From positions 1-39,017 of IMG/VR virus record IMGVR_UViG_3300044259_000046: a DNA stretch of 39,017 bases. One strand, given 5' to 3'. Numbering within the stretch: position 1 is the stretch's first letter; the number at the start of each line of letters is the position of its first letter. This DNA is from a virus (taxonomy: Duplodnaviria > Caudoviricetes). A program made the translations under genes and the position numbers. This document shows positions 15,391 through 25,220 of the stretch, one piece after another. The notes below the pieces were generated by a model. It did not search any database. It was given only the letters and a program-made list of their open reading frames with translations, and had not been told where the DNA came from.

Positions 15391-15893
15391 GCTGCCTCCT
15401 TCAATGTGCGGCGCAGCCAGCCCAACAAGAAGGTACGCTGCGAACTGTCGCGGGAAATGATCTGCTCATAGCGGGACAGTTTTGCCAAGGCATAGCGGGC
15501 TAGGAACAGGTCTGGGTCGTAGTTGTTCAGGGCTGCCAAGGTCTTGGGACCGATCTTCCCGTCTGGCGTCGTGCCAACAACGATCTGTGCCAGCTTTGCC
15601 GCGGTGGATGGGCCTGCGTTGACCGCGAAGTCAAACAGGGTCCGCGCTACATCTTGGCTTTCCACTTCCTCCAGCCGTAGAGGCGTCCAGAAATTGGATC
15701 TGTAGAAACCGCGCACCATTTCTGCGGGTGGTGTGTCTTGGTTGTCGATATACGACCATCCGGGCCAGTTGGGCCAGCGGTTGCGGGCGATGCCTGCATA
15801 GGTCAGCCCGCCCCGGTCGTTCGCAACGTTGGTTAGCTTGTAACCGCCCTCGTTGACGATCATTCGTTCGTAGGCTTGTAGAAAGTCGCTCAC
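15387..15893 (-). CDS. Endolysin, glycoside hydrolase family 108 + PG-binding domain
   Basis: EGGY...DRGG.T..GI, FDFAVNAG, DG.IGPKTL and F..GW..R motifs. Confidence 0.92.
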   Translation of the reverse strand: MSDFLQAYERMIVNEGGYKLTNVANDRGGLTYAGIARNRWPNWPGWSYIDNQDTPPAEMVRGFYRSNFWTPLRLEEVESQDVARTLFDFAVNAGPSTAAKLAQIVVGTTPDGKIGPKTLAALNNYDPDLFLARYALAKLSRYEQIISRDSSQRTFLLGWLRRTLKEAA

Positions 15894-16201
15894 TTGAAGC
15901 CCCTTTTCTCAATGGACTTGAGCGTCCGAATATCAGATTCGGCCGTCTCAAGACGAAACGACAGCAGCGCCATTGACCCTGCGAGGGTGTTTGTCGCGCT
16001 GTCTTTCACTTTCAGTTCCGCCCGTAGCTCTCGTATGTCACCTCGGAGGGCCACGATTTCTTCTGCTGCTTTTTCGCCCTTGAAGTACATCGTGATGATG
16101 AGCATTGCAAAGGTGCCAAGGATCGTCAGAAGATAGGGGAGCGGCAGCTTCAGCTCAATGATTCGCTGGGGTGGTCCGGATGGGGTTAACTGCGTACTCA
16201 T
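15890..16201 (-). CDS. Single-TM coiled-coil protein of the lysis cassette
   Basis: One TM followed by a coiled coil; coupled to the endolysin; start could be 16216. Confidence 0.7.
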   Translation of the reverse strand: MSTQLTPSGPPQRIIELKLPLPYLLTILGTFAMLIITMYFKGEKAAEEIVALRGDIRELRAELKVKDSATNTLAGSMALLSFRLETAESDIRTLKSIEKRGFK

Positions 16202-16227
16202 TCTTTTTTTCACCATGGGGAGTGTTC

Positions 16228-16374
16228 ATGAGCGTTTACTTGGCAATGGTTTTGCGGCCCATCGCGGCTCTGGTTTTGTTCGGGCTGATATGCCTTCCGG
16301 TGCGACTTGCTGCAAAGAAGTGGCTGCCGGAAGGCTGGCTCAAACGGCTACTGCTGACCGAGATACGTAAGTAA
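16228..16374 (+). CDS. Small membrane protein (48 aa) on the opposite strand, moron-like
   Basis: GGGGAG RBS; TM helix plus basic amphipathic tail; the only plausible + strand gene in the late region. Confidence 0.6.
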   Translation: MSVYLAMVLRPIAALVLFGLICLPVRLAAKKWLPEGWLKRLLLTEIRK

Positions 16375-17889
16375 ACCGCCCGTGGTTGCGGGCATCACAG
16401 CAGGGCCTAGCAAGCCAATAGGACTGGCTCCTATGGATGGCTGCATGGCGTTTGCTGCCATGCGCTGGCCCATGGGAGACAGCAGCATGGCGCGGCTGGC
16501 TGGCCGTGCAGCCAAGGTCAACGCGCTCAAAGGGTTTGCTGTTGCCGCGCCCGTGGTCATGCTCACCGCGAAATCCAAAGGCGAAAGAGCCTTTGGCGCT
16601 TCCTTGAGAGATTGCATTGCCTTTGGGAAGGTCGATGCAGATTCCGCAATCGTGCGCAACTCGCCGGACAGGGGGCGTCCTTTGGAAAGCTCTTTGGCGA
16701 GAATCGGGGCAGAGATTGCACCCGTTTCGCTGTTCAAAGCCTTTTGCACCGTGTAGGTCTTTGCGATGGTCTTACGGGCCTCTTGGAAGGCCTTCAACGC
16801 ATCTGGCTGACCTATCGAAGTGAGATGCCTTTCAAGCATCGACTCCACTTCGTTCGCGGCCTGCTTGCTAGCTTTCCCAAGACCAGTATCACCAGCGCGA
16901 TAGGCCTTGTCCGCCATCTCTCGCAGAACTTTGGTCGCGTCAATCGCATCACCCGCATCAAACTTGGGCTGCTTGAGTGAGTTGACCACATCAACAACGC
17001 CATTGTTTGACAAGCCCGGGAAAGACCGGCCTGCCCCTTGATAGGTGGATGCGATGTTGTCCAGCGCGTTGATGAACTGCTTGTCAGCCACCACTTCGCC
17101 AGCCCAACGAATGGGTGCATATCCCGCCGTGGCCGCTTGGTTGCGGATGTTCTGCAGCACATCAGCGGTGAGCATGTCGTCGGCACTCATGCCCAAGGCT
17201 TTGCGGCCTAGTTCATTGGTGACCTGCTGGTTTTTCTGGCTGGCGACTTGCGCGGTCTTGATTTTGCCGGACAGACCATTCAAGACCTCGGTAAATGCAC
17301 CTTGGTTTGGCAAGTCAGCAGGCGGTATGACGTAACCGGCATTCAAGGCCTTTTTCGCTGCTTCAATGCGCTGCGAATCAGCGGCAAGCTGTGCGGTCTG
17401 TGCCGCAGCACGGTTGCGTACCATCGCGCCAATACCATTTGCAAGAGCCTGACCGCCAGCACCACCCGCAGCGCCGACACCCATGTTGACAAGGGTTTCG
17501 CCAGTGCTGACGGATGGCTGCAATGCACCGAACCCAGCCCCGAGCATGGCCGCGCCGGGGATTGTGGCAGCACCTGGGATCCCAGAAGCTGGCGCAACCA
17601 ACCCCACGTTCCCCAAGAAGTTACCCACCTTCCCGGCCGTGGTGTTCATCAAGGCAGCATCACGCGCCCTTGCCTCCTCCACGTCTTTGCGGCTGGTCAA
17701 CCCAAGCCACTGCCCCGCTCCACGGAACGTATCTACGATGGCCTTACCAGCACCAGCAGCCGTTTTTTCAAACGTGCTCATGCCTTCGGTAGGGTCGTAT
17801 TTTGGCTCTGGTGGGGTTTCTGCGTACTTGGCGAATGGGTTGGCCGCAGGCTGCGCGTATTTAGCAAAAGGGTTTTCTCCAGCCATCAT
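16348..17889 (-). CDS. Internal virion / DNA ejection protein
   Basis: 513 aa, Ala/Gly-rich, NPFAKYA repeats; last of three pilot-like genes. Confidence 0.7.
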   Translation of the reverse strand: MMAGENPFAKYAQPAANPFAKYAETPPEPKYDPTEGMSTFEKTAAGAGKAIVDTFRGAGQWLGLTSRKDVEEARARDAALMNTTAGKVGNFLGNVGLVAPASGIPGAATIPGAAMLGAGFGALQPSVSTGETLVNMGVGAAGGAGGQALANGIGAMVRNRAAAQTAQLAADSQRIEAAKKALNAGYVIPPADLPNQGAFTEVLNGLSGKIKTAQVASQKNQQVTNELGRKALGMSADDMLTADVLQNIRNQAATAGYAPIRWAGEVVADKQFINALDNIASTYQGAGRSFPGLSNNGVVDVVNSLKQPKFDAGDAIDATKVLREMADKAYRAGDTGLGKASKQAANEVESMLERHLTSIGQPDALKAFQEARKTIAKTYTVQKALNSETGAISAPILAKELSKGRPLSGELRTIAESASTFPKAMQSLKEAPKALSPLDFAVSMTTGAATANPLSALTLAARPASRAMLLSPMGQRMAANAMQPSIGASPIGLLGPAVMPATTGGLLTYLGQQ

Positions 17890-19235
17890 CGGGCTCCTAA
17901 AACGCTGTCTGCTGCTCCCGGTCCAAAGACCTCATCAAACTGCGCCTTTGCTGCTGGGCCTCGCATCTTGAGATCATTGATTGCCGCCAAAGGGATGTTG
18001 GCTGGAGGGCGTTGTGTTGCCCCTTTTGCCCCATCAACATTTATGGGCGGCGTGCCCTTCGGCACTTCAGACAAGACGCCTTGAATTGCAATCTGCCGTG
18101 CCCTAGCTTTCTGCGCGATCACCTTGTCACTATCCCCAGGTTGCGGGAAATATTGACGATCAGCGCTATCAAACTCCGACTGGGCAATCGCAGCACCCGA
18201 TTCACGACGCAGCACGGCATTTGTAAAGTCGCGCTTGGCTTGATCAAGCATCTGGCCTTGTTCGCTATTGACCGCATTAACCAGCCCGCCAACAAACGGA
18301 AGGTTTGCACCCGGCGTAGAAAACGTTTTGCCGTTAGCTTGTAGTTGCTGCAAGATCTTGTCTGCCTCTTGCATTCGCGTGCCAAACAATTGCGCCTTTG
18401 CCTGCACATCGTTCAGTGGTTTCTGGAATCCAGGTACTGGGACGACTGCGCCTTGTGGATTGGCCGGAGATGGCGCATACACCCATGTTCCGGTTTCGGC
18501 GTTGAAGGTTGGTTTACTACCTTGCTGCTGCTCTGCGTTAAACCTCTCTCTCGCCAGCGCTTGATTTGCCCAACCTCGGGCTGAAGCATCGCGCTCAGAT
18601 GGCGACATGTTGATGCCAAACGAACCTTGCTGCTGCAACGTGACAGGGGAAACAAAGTCAACACGATCACCGCGATTGACCTGCACAGGGGCCTTCCACT
18701 GCTCTACGCCTCGGCCAACAGGCTGACCGTATTTGTCATACTGCAATGTCACTGGGCGGCCGTTTTCCATGCCTTCTACAGTTCGCGCAACTTCTTGACG
18801 CCCAACGTTTTCAAGATCTGCATATTCTTGAATCTGCTTGGGCGTCAGTCCTAGTCGCAACGCTTCTTGGACATTGAAACCACCACTGCGCATGCTTGGC
18901 TCTGTTACCTGCGCACCCTGAGACACAAAAGGCACTCCACCAATTTCAGGAATGGAGACAGAGCCTTGCGTGGTTTTGCCAAACAATCCGGGAATTGCAG
19001 CTTGCACCTTGGCCGCCTGCGCTGCCGCGGCGTCTTTGGCATCCCATTCCTTTTGCTGCCGCTCCCGCGCCTGCTGCTGCCACGCGCTATCCAGCGCCAA
19101 TTGCTTGGCCTGATCTTGAGCAGCCATCAAGCCCATGAGTCCCTGAAAACCCTGCGAACGCGGAGCCTGAGACAGCGCCAGCAACCCCAGCCCCATGCGC
19201 GTCCCGGGGTCGTTGAAATCAAGCAATCCAGCCAT
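17886..19235 (-). CDS. Internal virion / DNA ejection protein
   Basis: MAGLLD start, Q/A-rich, LR.ESGA.I..SE......YFPQPGD motif. Confidence 0.7.
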   Translation of the reverse strand: MAGLLDFNDPGTRMGLGLLALSQAPRSQGFQGLMGLMAAQDQAKQLALDSAWQQQARERQQKEWDAKDAAAAQAAKVQAAIPGLFGKTTQGSVSIPEIGGVPFVSQGAQVTEPSMRSGGFNVQEALRLGLTPKQIQEYADLENVGRQEVARTVEGMENGRPVTLQYDKYGQPVGRGVEQWKAPVQVNRGDRVDFVSPVTLQQQGSFGINMSPSERDASARGWANQALARERFNAEQQQGSKPTFNAETGTWVYAPSPANPQGAVVPVPGFQKPLNDVQAKAQLFGTRMQEADKILQQLQANGKTFSTPGANLPFVGGLVNAVNSEQGQMLDQAKRDFTNAVLRRESGAAIAQSEFDSADRQYFPQPGDSDKVIAQKARARQIAIQGVLSEVPKGTPPINVDGAKGATQRPPANIPLAAINDLKMRGPAAKAQFDEVFGPGAADSVLGAR

Positions 19236-20017
19236 TAGGAACCTCCCCCGCCGTAGTAGCGGTTTGACTCTTGTTCTCTCTGGCGCATGTATCGGTCATA
19301 CGCCGCGGCAAATGCTTGGTCATCCGTCAAATCCGTGCCCGTGTTGGTGTCGGTTGGAGTTTTAGGGATGCCGTTTGTGGCGGTGAAGGGGTTCAACTCT
19401 TTCCAGTTCAGCAGGCCATACAGCGAGTTGTTGGAGTTTGGAACCACCGTCATGCCCTGCTGTGGAGCGGAGAGCAAACCTTGTGTCAGCGGGCCTGACT
19501 GGCCTTGCTGGGCCATGCTCAATGCGCTACCCAGACCAGATAGTCCACCCATGTTGCCCATGCCCCCAATGCCAGCACTGAGGCCACCGCCGCCCATCTG
19601 CATGGGTTTGGTTTGGTTGACCGCGCCACCCATTTGCATGGGCTTGGTCATCTGAGTGCGTTGCTCTGGCGGCAGGAACTGCGATGCGTTGATCTGCTGC
19701 ATAGACCCGCCCAACTCAGTGCCAGCAGGGGCGCGTGTGTAGTTCGTGCCCATCAGGCGGTTGTTGAACGCCTGGGCCTGTGGGGCAACGTTGGTGCGGA
19801 AGTTGTCTAGGTCAGAAAACAGGTTCTGATAGCCCGTCTGCTGAAGTGGGTTGAACGGGTTCTGCTGATAGTAGGTCTCAAGGTTTTGACCTGTGTTCAG
19901 CGTGTTCTGCAAAGGCTTCTGCGCTGGTCCCCATGGGTCTTTGGTCTGCTGCTGAGATCCACCGCCACCACTGCCACCCAAAAGACCGCCTACCAATCCA
20001 CCAACGAGTGTGGCCAT
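19235..20017 (-). CDS. DNA pilot / ejection protein
   Basis: Gly-rich hydrophobic N-terminus, TKDPW.PAQ motif, duplicated TKPMQMGG. Confidence 0.65.
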   Translation of the reverse strand: MATLVGGLVGGLLGGSGGGGSQQQTKDPWGPAQKPLQNTLNTGQNLETYYQQNPFNPLQQTGYQNLFSDLDNFRTNVAPQAQAFNNRLMGTNYTRAPAGTELGGSMQQINASQFLPPEQRTQMTKPMQMGGAVNQTKPMQMGGGGLSAGIGGMGNMGGLSGLGSALSMAQQGQSGPLTQGLLSAPQQGMTVVPNSNNSLYGLLNWKELNPFTATNGIPKTPTDTNTGTDLTDDQAFAAAYDRYMRQREQESNRYYGGGGS

Positions 20018-20383
20018 TTAAAGCTCCTTTGCGCAGACAATTGCCTGCTCTGTGTAATCGGGGAGTTTTTTGGCCCACCCCCTTCGGCCCGTAAAGTAAG
20101 AGCGTTTGCAGCCCTTGGATTTGCCCCACGCTTCGGCCTCTTCAATCACCTCAGTCGTGAATTGACCTGGAGGGCAGGCAAGGCCCACGAAATGGAGCCC
20201 TAAGCCGTCTTTGAGTGGGCAGATTTCAATGACCGCCCACACATCACCGACACGCCAAATTGCGGCTGTGTCATCACGCGCGCGCTGCACCCAATATTCA
20301 GCAGAGAAGCTGTCTGATCTATCGAATGCAGGCTGTAGTGCGGCGATGGCCTCGTCTGGTACGTTCCACGGCAGGTAATGCAT
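20018..20383 (-). CDS. GNAT-fold-like morphogenesis protein
   Basis: EAWGK..GC.....GR.GW motif; located among the internal virion genes. Confidence 0.65.
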   Translation of the reverse strand: MHYLPWNVPDEAIAALQPAFDRSDSFSAEYWVQRARDDTAAIWRVGDVWAVIEICPLKDGLGLHFVGLACPPGQFTTEVIEEAEAWGKSKGCKRSYFTGRRGWAKKLPDYTEQAIVCAKEL

Positions 20384-21423
20384 CAGAAGACGCCGTAGCT
20401 TGTGAGGTCACTCATCATTCCTGGTGTTGCAGTCACACCAGACGCGCCGCCGCCGTTCCACCAGTTGCCGATCTGGCTGCCCAACTGCGCGCCACCGAGT
20501 GCGCCCATGATTGGATTGCCGCTGGTGCTGCCAGTGGTGGAGCCATATCCCTGCCCGATGGAGTTGTACTGGTTGCCAAACTGGCTCCAGTAGTTCATTG
20601 GGGTGTTTTGGATGTTGGTGCCAGCGTTGATGCCCGTCTGGTTGTTGCCCATCAACTGATTCCACAACCCCATGTTGTTGTTGTAGCCCTGCTGCTGCCA
20701 AGACAAGTTGTCGTTGTTGATCTGGCGATCCAGATTGGCGTAACCCAACCCGAGGTTGCCCATGGCTTGGTTGTTCTGGTTGGTAGCGGAGTAGTACCCA
20801 AGGTCGTTGTTACGACGGCCTAGGTCGTACTGAAGCGCGGTGTTGTAACCATTGCCAAACAACCCAGAGAGAGCATTCGCGTTCGCGGTGTTTAGGTCGT
20901 TGATTGCGTTGGCTTCGATCACGCCTTGGCGCGAGCCGCCGTACCCACCGGAGGCCATGGCTTGCGATGCGATAGCAGGCAAAACATTGCGCTGAAAGTT
21001 CTGTGTGTTCTGCTGGACAAGCGCGTTGCCCATCTGCTGCAGGTATGGGTTTTGCCCTGCGGTGTAGCTAGAAATATCGCCAACAGCCGACGCACCGCCG
21101 TTTGTCGTCGTGCCGCCAAACACCGCACCGGAGCCTTGAGAAACGGGGTTCTTTGGCATGGGAATGGCAGCCGAAGGAGATGTACCGCCAAACACTGCAC
21201 CACCCGCAGGCGCTTGCGCTGGTTGCGCGGTGGGTGTGTTGTATTGCAGCGTGGGAAATACTTGCCCCGGATCGCTGAACGTGATGGGGTCGTTGTTGGG
21301 CGCAGAGTAGTTCTGACCCAAGATCGACATGGTTTGCTGATTGGTGACATAGGGGCCTGTGTAGCCCGTGTCACCCCAAGGTGTTGCGCCGTTTGCGCCA
21401 GAGCCGCCGAATGCTGCTGCCAT
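20383..21423 (-). CDS. G/N/Q-rich virion (pilot/tail-associated) protein
   Basis: NPYL...GGYGGSRQGV motif; low-complexity composition. Confidence 0.65.
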   Translation of the reverse strand: MAAAFGGSGANGATPWGDTGYTGPYVTNQQTMSILGQNYSAPNNDPITFSDPGQVFPTLQYNTPTAQPAQAPAGGAVFGGTSPSAAIPMPKNPVSQGSGAVFGGTTTNGGASAVGDISSYTAGQNPYLQQMGNALVQQNTQNFQRNVLPAIASQAMASGGYGGSRQGVIEANAINDLNTANANALSGLFGNGYNTALQYDLGRRNNDLGYYSATNQNNQAMGNLGLGYANLDRQINNDNLSWQQQGYNNNMGLWNQLMGNNQTGINAGTNIQNTPMNYWSQFGNQYNSIGQGYGSTTGSTSGNPIMGALGGAQLGSQIGNWWNGGGASGVTATPGMMSDLTSYGVF

Positions 21424-21431
21424 GATTTACC

Positions 21432-21680
21432 TCACCCTAAGAAGCGCCACGCGCCAGCGCGATAGCAATACACCCCGCCACCGGAGCCGGGGTTCCAGTC
21501 CGTCCCATCTGCAAGCACCATCAACCCGTCAAAGGTCTTTGCAGGAGCGGCGTGAAGGACTTCCAGTCGTACAAAAGCAAACGGCCCGTTTTGGGCCGTT
21601 TCTAGGTTTCGCAGTTCTTGATCCAGAAAGCGCGGTAGGTCTTTGGGATCAGGGGGAACGTTTCTCGCTCGGTATGGCAT
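21432..21680 (-). CDS. Small tail-associated protein
   Basis: ADGTDWNPGSG.G.Y.Y..G.W motif. Confidence 0.7.
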   Translation of the reverse strand: MPYRARNVPPDPKDLPRFLDQELRNLETAQNGPFAFVRLEVLHAAPAKTFDGLMVLADGTDWNPGSGGGVYCYRAGAWRFLG

Positions 21681-23221
21681 CAGTACCTCCCACGGATTTC
21701 AAAGTCCACATCCATACTTGTGAACCGCCAAGGCTGGTTGTCCAGAGACAGAACCCGCAGCGCGATAAATCGCCCAGTGGCGAATGCATCTACCTGGTTG
21801 TAGTCAGAACTACCCACCGTGTATGTCACTGCATCAGACCATGTGATGGTTCCCTCGGGGTTCATCGCACCACCTAGCTGAAATAGGATCTTTGTGCCCA
21901 CGGCACCATCCACGCGGACACGTAGCCCGCGCACAGTCTTGACCCGAGATGCATCACCAAACGTCATCCCTAACCGTTCCACGCGGCTGGTGTAGGCCAT
22001 GCCGTTACGCGTGCCCGTGGCATCCGAAGCGGTTATGAGCGGTGCTGTAGAGCACAGCAACAGACGCTCCTGAGCTGGAGACAGTTCGTCCTCGTCCCAC
22101 GCAAAGGTCGCATCAGCCCATGCATAAGCCTGGGCGTCCCATGCCTTCGTCGCACCTTGCGCAAGTTGGCCTGTAGCTCCGTAGGTGACGTTATCCAGAG
22201 ACCGAACGCTCCATGTTTTGTCGCGCCAGTTCCAGACCACAGCACGGGTACACGAGGCCTGCCCAAGTTCTGGATAGCAGATCCACACCTCACTCGCGCC
22301 GGGGTTTGTTGTGACAAATGAGCGCTTACGGTTTGTGGCGTCGATGGTCCGAAACAAGGTCCGGCGCATCACCCCGTCGATGATGGACTGTGCGCCCTGC
22401 CCTGCGTGCAGCACCACATCGCCGTTTGTGAGAACCACATGACCATCAGGTGTGTCTGCCACGCATCCCGCAGCCAGCATGCCTTGCCGACCCGGCAGAC
22501 GTTGGAAACTGAAAACATCCGTCCCCCCAGTTGCCCGCATGGCATACATGGAGTTCTGCTTGTAGATGACATTGACGTCACCCATCACCATCTGATCGAC
22601 AAGCAGGCTGGGGTCTTCTGCCAAGTCCAGATTGCCCGCCAGCTTGGTCAGGTCGGCAATGTTCCAAGACGTTGGAACCGTACCGGGCGCGGCCACGTCA
22701 GACCACAACACGAGATGCGGATAAGACACCGAACCCTTCGTGATCCCCACCGCAACCAAGACGTTTTTGAAGGGTCTGATGGACTTTGCGCGGTAGGTCG
22801 AATCCCACCCGGGCAAGGGAACCAGCTTGTTTGCGGCTCCGGTGTCCCAGTACCACGGCACATCCTTTCCGTTGTTCATCACCAACACACCGTTCAGAAC
22901 ACCACCTGTCCAGCGGTCATCTACACCGCCCGTAGGGGCTGTAGTGGGTGTGATGTTGGTTCTGGTTGTCCCGTCATCTGCATACACCGCAGACAACCCG
23001 GCATGGACCCAATATTGCGCTGTTGCTGTGTTGTATGGTTGGAGCCAGTATGGGGTGACGGAAGGTGTGTTGAACACCTTTTGCTCACCTTTCATCCGCT
23101 CCAAGGCACCGTTCCGAAACCGCACATTGATCCCATCAGACCATGTGTTTTCGGGAAGTTCTTGGGGTTGGACGTCTTGGTTGATGCCGTACTGCCCGAG
23201 TAGTTGGATGGTCTTGATCAT
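21680..23221 (-). CDS. Tail nozzle / tubular protein (beta-propeller-like)
   Basis: About 513 aa, beta-rich; position and size typical of a podovirus nozzle; start at the ATGA overlap 23221. Confidence 0.7.
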   Translation of the reverse strand: MIKTIQLLGQYGINQDVQPQELPENTWSDGINVRFRNGALERMKGEQKVFNTPSVTPYWLQPYNTATAQYWVHAGLSAVYADDGTTRTNITPTTAPTGGVDDRWTGGVLNGVLVMNNGKDVPWYWDTGAANKLVPLPGWDSTYRAKSIRPFKNVLVAVGITKGSVSYPHLVLWSDVAAPGTVPTSWNIADLTKLAGNLDLAEDPSLLVDQMVMGDVNVIYKQNSMYAMRATGGTDVFSFQRLPGRQGMLAAGCVADTPDGHVVLTNGDVVLHAGQGAQSIIDGVMRRTLFRTIDATNRKRSFVTTNPGASEVWICYPELGQASCTRAVVWNWRDKTWSVRSLDNVTYGATGQLAQGATKAWDAQAYAWADATFAWDEDELSPAQERLLLCSTAPLITASDATGTRNGMAYTSRVERLGMTFGDASRVKTVRGLRVRVDGAVGTKILFQLGGAMNPEGTITWSDAVTYTVGSSDYNQVDAFATGRFIALRVLSLDNQPWRFTSMDVDFEIRGRY

Positions 23222-23505
23222 GTCTTGGCAGCCGCGATCTTCTGCGCCTGCTCTTCGGCTGTCAGGCTTGACCAAGTGGGGTCATACCACTTGCCAAATT
23301 CGTCCTTGATGGCACCAACCCAAATAGGCCCGGTGTATCCATCGGACTTTTGCATTTCATCCAGCTTTAGGATGTACCGAGTAGGCTCAAACTGTGACCA
23401 TATTCCGGCCAAGTAGTCCCAATCAGCTTCGTCAAACACACCGATGTTGTAGATGTATTCGGGCGGTGTTGCAGTCTCAATGATCGCGCCAAGAATAATC
23501 GCCAT
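23218..23505 (-). CDS. Putative tail fibre chaperone / hypothetical protein
   Basis: 95-aa acidic ORF following the Gly-rich fibre gene. Confidence 0.6.
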   Translation of the reverse strand: MAIILGAIIETATPPEYIYNIGVFDEADWDYLAGIWSQFEPTRYILKLDEMQKSDGYTGPIWVGAIKDEFGKWYDPTWSSLTAEEQAQKIAAAKT

Positions 23506-23508
23506 GAC

Positions 23509-24282
23509 TCACTCCCACCAATAGATTTTGACCACACCAGAACCGCCCGAACCAATACCTTGATCCGTGCTCCCGCCGCCACCACCGCCGCCAGTGTTGG
23601 CGCGCCCGTTTTGACCAGGATAGTTAACTTGATCGCCGCCGCTGCCACCGCCATTATTGCCTGCGCCGCCGCCGCCACCTGGGCTTCCGACACCGCCACC
23701 GCCTCCGCCCAAACCAGCAAGGCCAAGCCCGCCGTCGCCACCAATATATGGCCCCGTGCCGCCCGCGTATCCTGTGCCGCCAGGATTTCCTGGTGCATAC
23801 GTTGGGGCAGATGATTGTTGCGCAGTCGAAGGCGATGAAAACAGTTTGCCCGGTTGCCCAGCACCACCTGCGCCTCCGCCTCCGCCACCGGCATTCCCAC
23901 CCCCGCCGCCACTATTGCCGCCTCCAAGTCCAGCACCACCTCCGTTAAATGTGCCACCACCTCCACCGGGAAGGGTCAGTAGTGCGCCAATACTGGTTGC
24001 AGTACCGTTAGACCCGTTGGATGTATTGGAGGTGGCAGCAGCGCCGCCACCGCCGATAGTCACCAGCACCGCTGCAGTGAATGTGATTGGCCCTGCGTAC
24101 GCAGCGCCACCACCGCCTCCGCCACCACTTGCGCCGCCACCGCCACCTGCTGCGGCCTCGACCCATGCAACACCACCATTAGCCAGCAAAGCAGCGCTTG
24201 GAGTGAATGTTTGTGTGCTGGTGATGAATTGGTACTTGAGCTTGCCAGCACCACCGCCGATGAATTGAGAAAGCGTGCTCAT
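23509..24282 (-). CDS. Glycine-rich tail fibre / receptor-binding protein
   Basis: MSTLSQF start, polyglycine tracts, ANTGGGGGG...GGSGVV end. Confidence 0.75.
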   Translation of the reverse strand: MSTLSQFIGGGAGKLKYQFITSTQTFTPSAALLANGGVAWVEAAAGGGGGASGGGGGGGAAYAGPITFTAAVLVTIGGGGAAATSNTSNGSNGTATSIGALLTLPGGGGGTFNGGGAGLGGGNSGGGGGNAGGGGGGAGGAGQPGKLFSSPSTAQQSSAPTYAPGNPGGTGYAGGTGPYIGGDGGLGLAGLGGGGGGVGSPGGGGGAGNNGGGSGGDQVNYPGQNGRANTGGGGGGGSTDQGIGSGGSGVVKIYWWE

Positions 24283-25220
24283 GCGATGAGCCTCCAACCG
24301 TAAGACGTGAGGAATTGCAGAAGAATCGGGAAGTGCGGCTTGTCGATGGTCATGTTTTCAGCAACACCACAAATCAGGTTCCCGTTGCGGGCGATGATGT
24401 TGTCGGTGCGCAGGTTGTCAGCCTTCACGGCCACAATGTCTCCATTTGCAGGAGATGCTGGAAGCGTGAGAGTCGTAGCAGCAGCGTTTTGCAAGCTGTA
24501 GCAAGGCCCTGCAACTGCGGTTTGACTCGTACCAGTCACCGCGATGACTTTTGGGTAAGGCCAATCCCACGAAGCAGCAGATCCGTTGGTCGTGATGAAC
24601 TTGTATTGCGCACCAGCCTGCCCAGGCAGAGCCGCCGAGAAAGCCGCAGCAGCTACGAACGCAGTGGATGCCGCATTGGTAGACGAATCACCCGCCGACT
24701 GAGTAGGCACCGTAATAGAACCACCCGTGAAGCTGTGCGCCCCCGTCCATGCTTGTCCACTGATCGCACCCTTTGCATTGATCTGGCCTTGAATGCCCGA
24801 TGTGACACCGACTGAGTAATTCAGCTCAGCAGACGATGCAGTGATCGGGACGCTGTAGTTTGGTAGACGAGTGGTCCACTCAGTCTGCACAAACGCAGTC
24901 GATGCAGCATTGGTGGTGCTGTTGCCCTGTGCTTGAGTGGCAACCGTGACCGTTGCCCCAGTGAAGCTATGGGAGCCCGTCCACGTTTGCCCAGCAATAG
25001 CGCCTTTGGCGTTGAGCTGGGTTTGGATCGAGGATGTGACGCCTACAAGGTAATTTGCCTCGGTTTGTGTGGCGTTCCATGCGCCGCCCAAGTTGGGGAA
25101 AGTGGTTTTCAGTACCGTTTTGATGTGCTGAAAATTGTTCTCCCCTTCTGACACAAGATCCGATGACGTTGGCTTTGTCGTATCGAACGCGGGGATTGTT
25201 GTTGCTGGATCGACTGCCAT
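24279..25220 (-). CDS. Tail fibre protein with internal repeat
   Basis: N-terminal EG..F.HIK.VLK.TFPN anchor; two TS.IQ.Q.NAKGAI.GQ.WTG.HSFTG...NAASTAFV repeats; TLPASP..GD C-terminal domain. Confidence 0.75.
   Translation of the reverse strand: MAVDPATTIPAFDTTKPTSSDLVSEGENNFQHIKTVLKTTFPNLGGAWNATQTEANYLVGVTSSIQTQLNAKGAIAGQTWTGSHSFTGATVTVATQAQGNSTTNAASTAFVQTEWTTRLPNYSVPITASSAELNYSVGVTSGIQGQINAKGAISGQAWTGAHSFTGGSITVPTQSAGDSSTNAASTAFVAAAAFSAALPGQAGAQYKFITTNGSAASWDWPYPKVIAVTGTSQTAVAGPCYSLQNAAATTLTLPASPANGDIVAVKADNLRTDNIIARNGNLICGVAENMTIDKPHFPILLQFLTSYGWRLIA

Noticed and set aside
23657-24268. Proline-rich 203-aa ORF on the + strand
   Set aside because: Antisense shadow of the Gly-rich fibre gene (GGN codons read as CCN).
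24279-25220. Diversity-generating retroelement or invertible tail-fibre cassette
   Set aside because: The repeat is an in-frame protein duplication with scattered differences; no reverse transcriptase or invertase is encoded.
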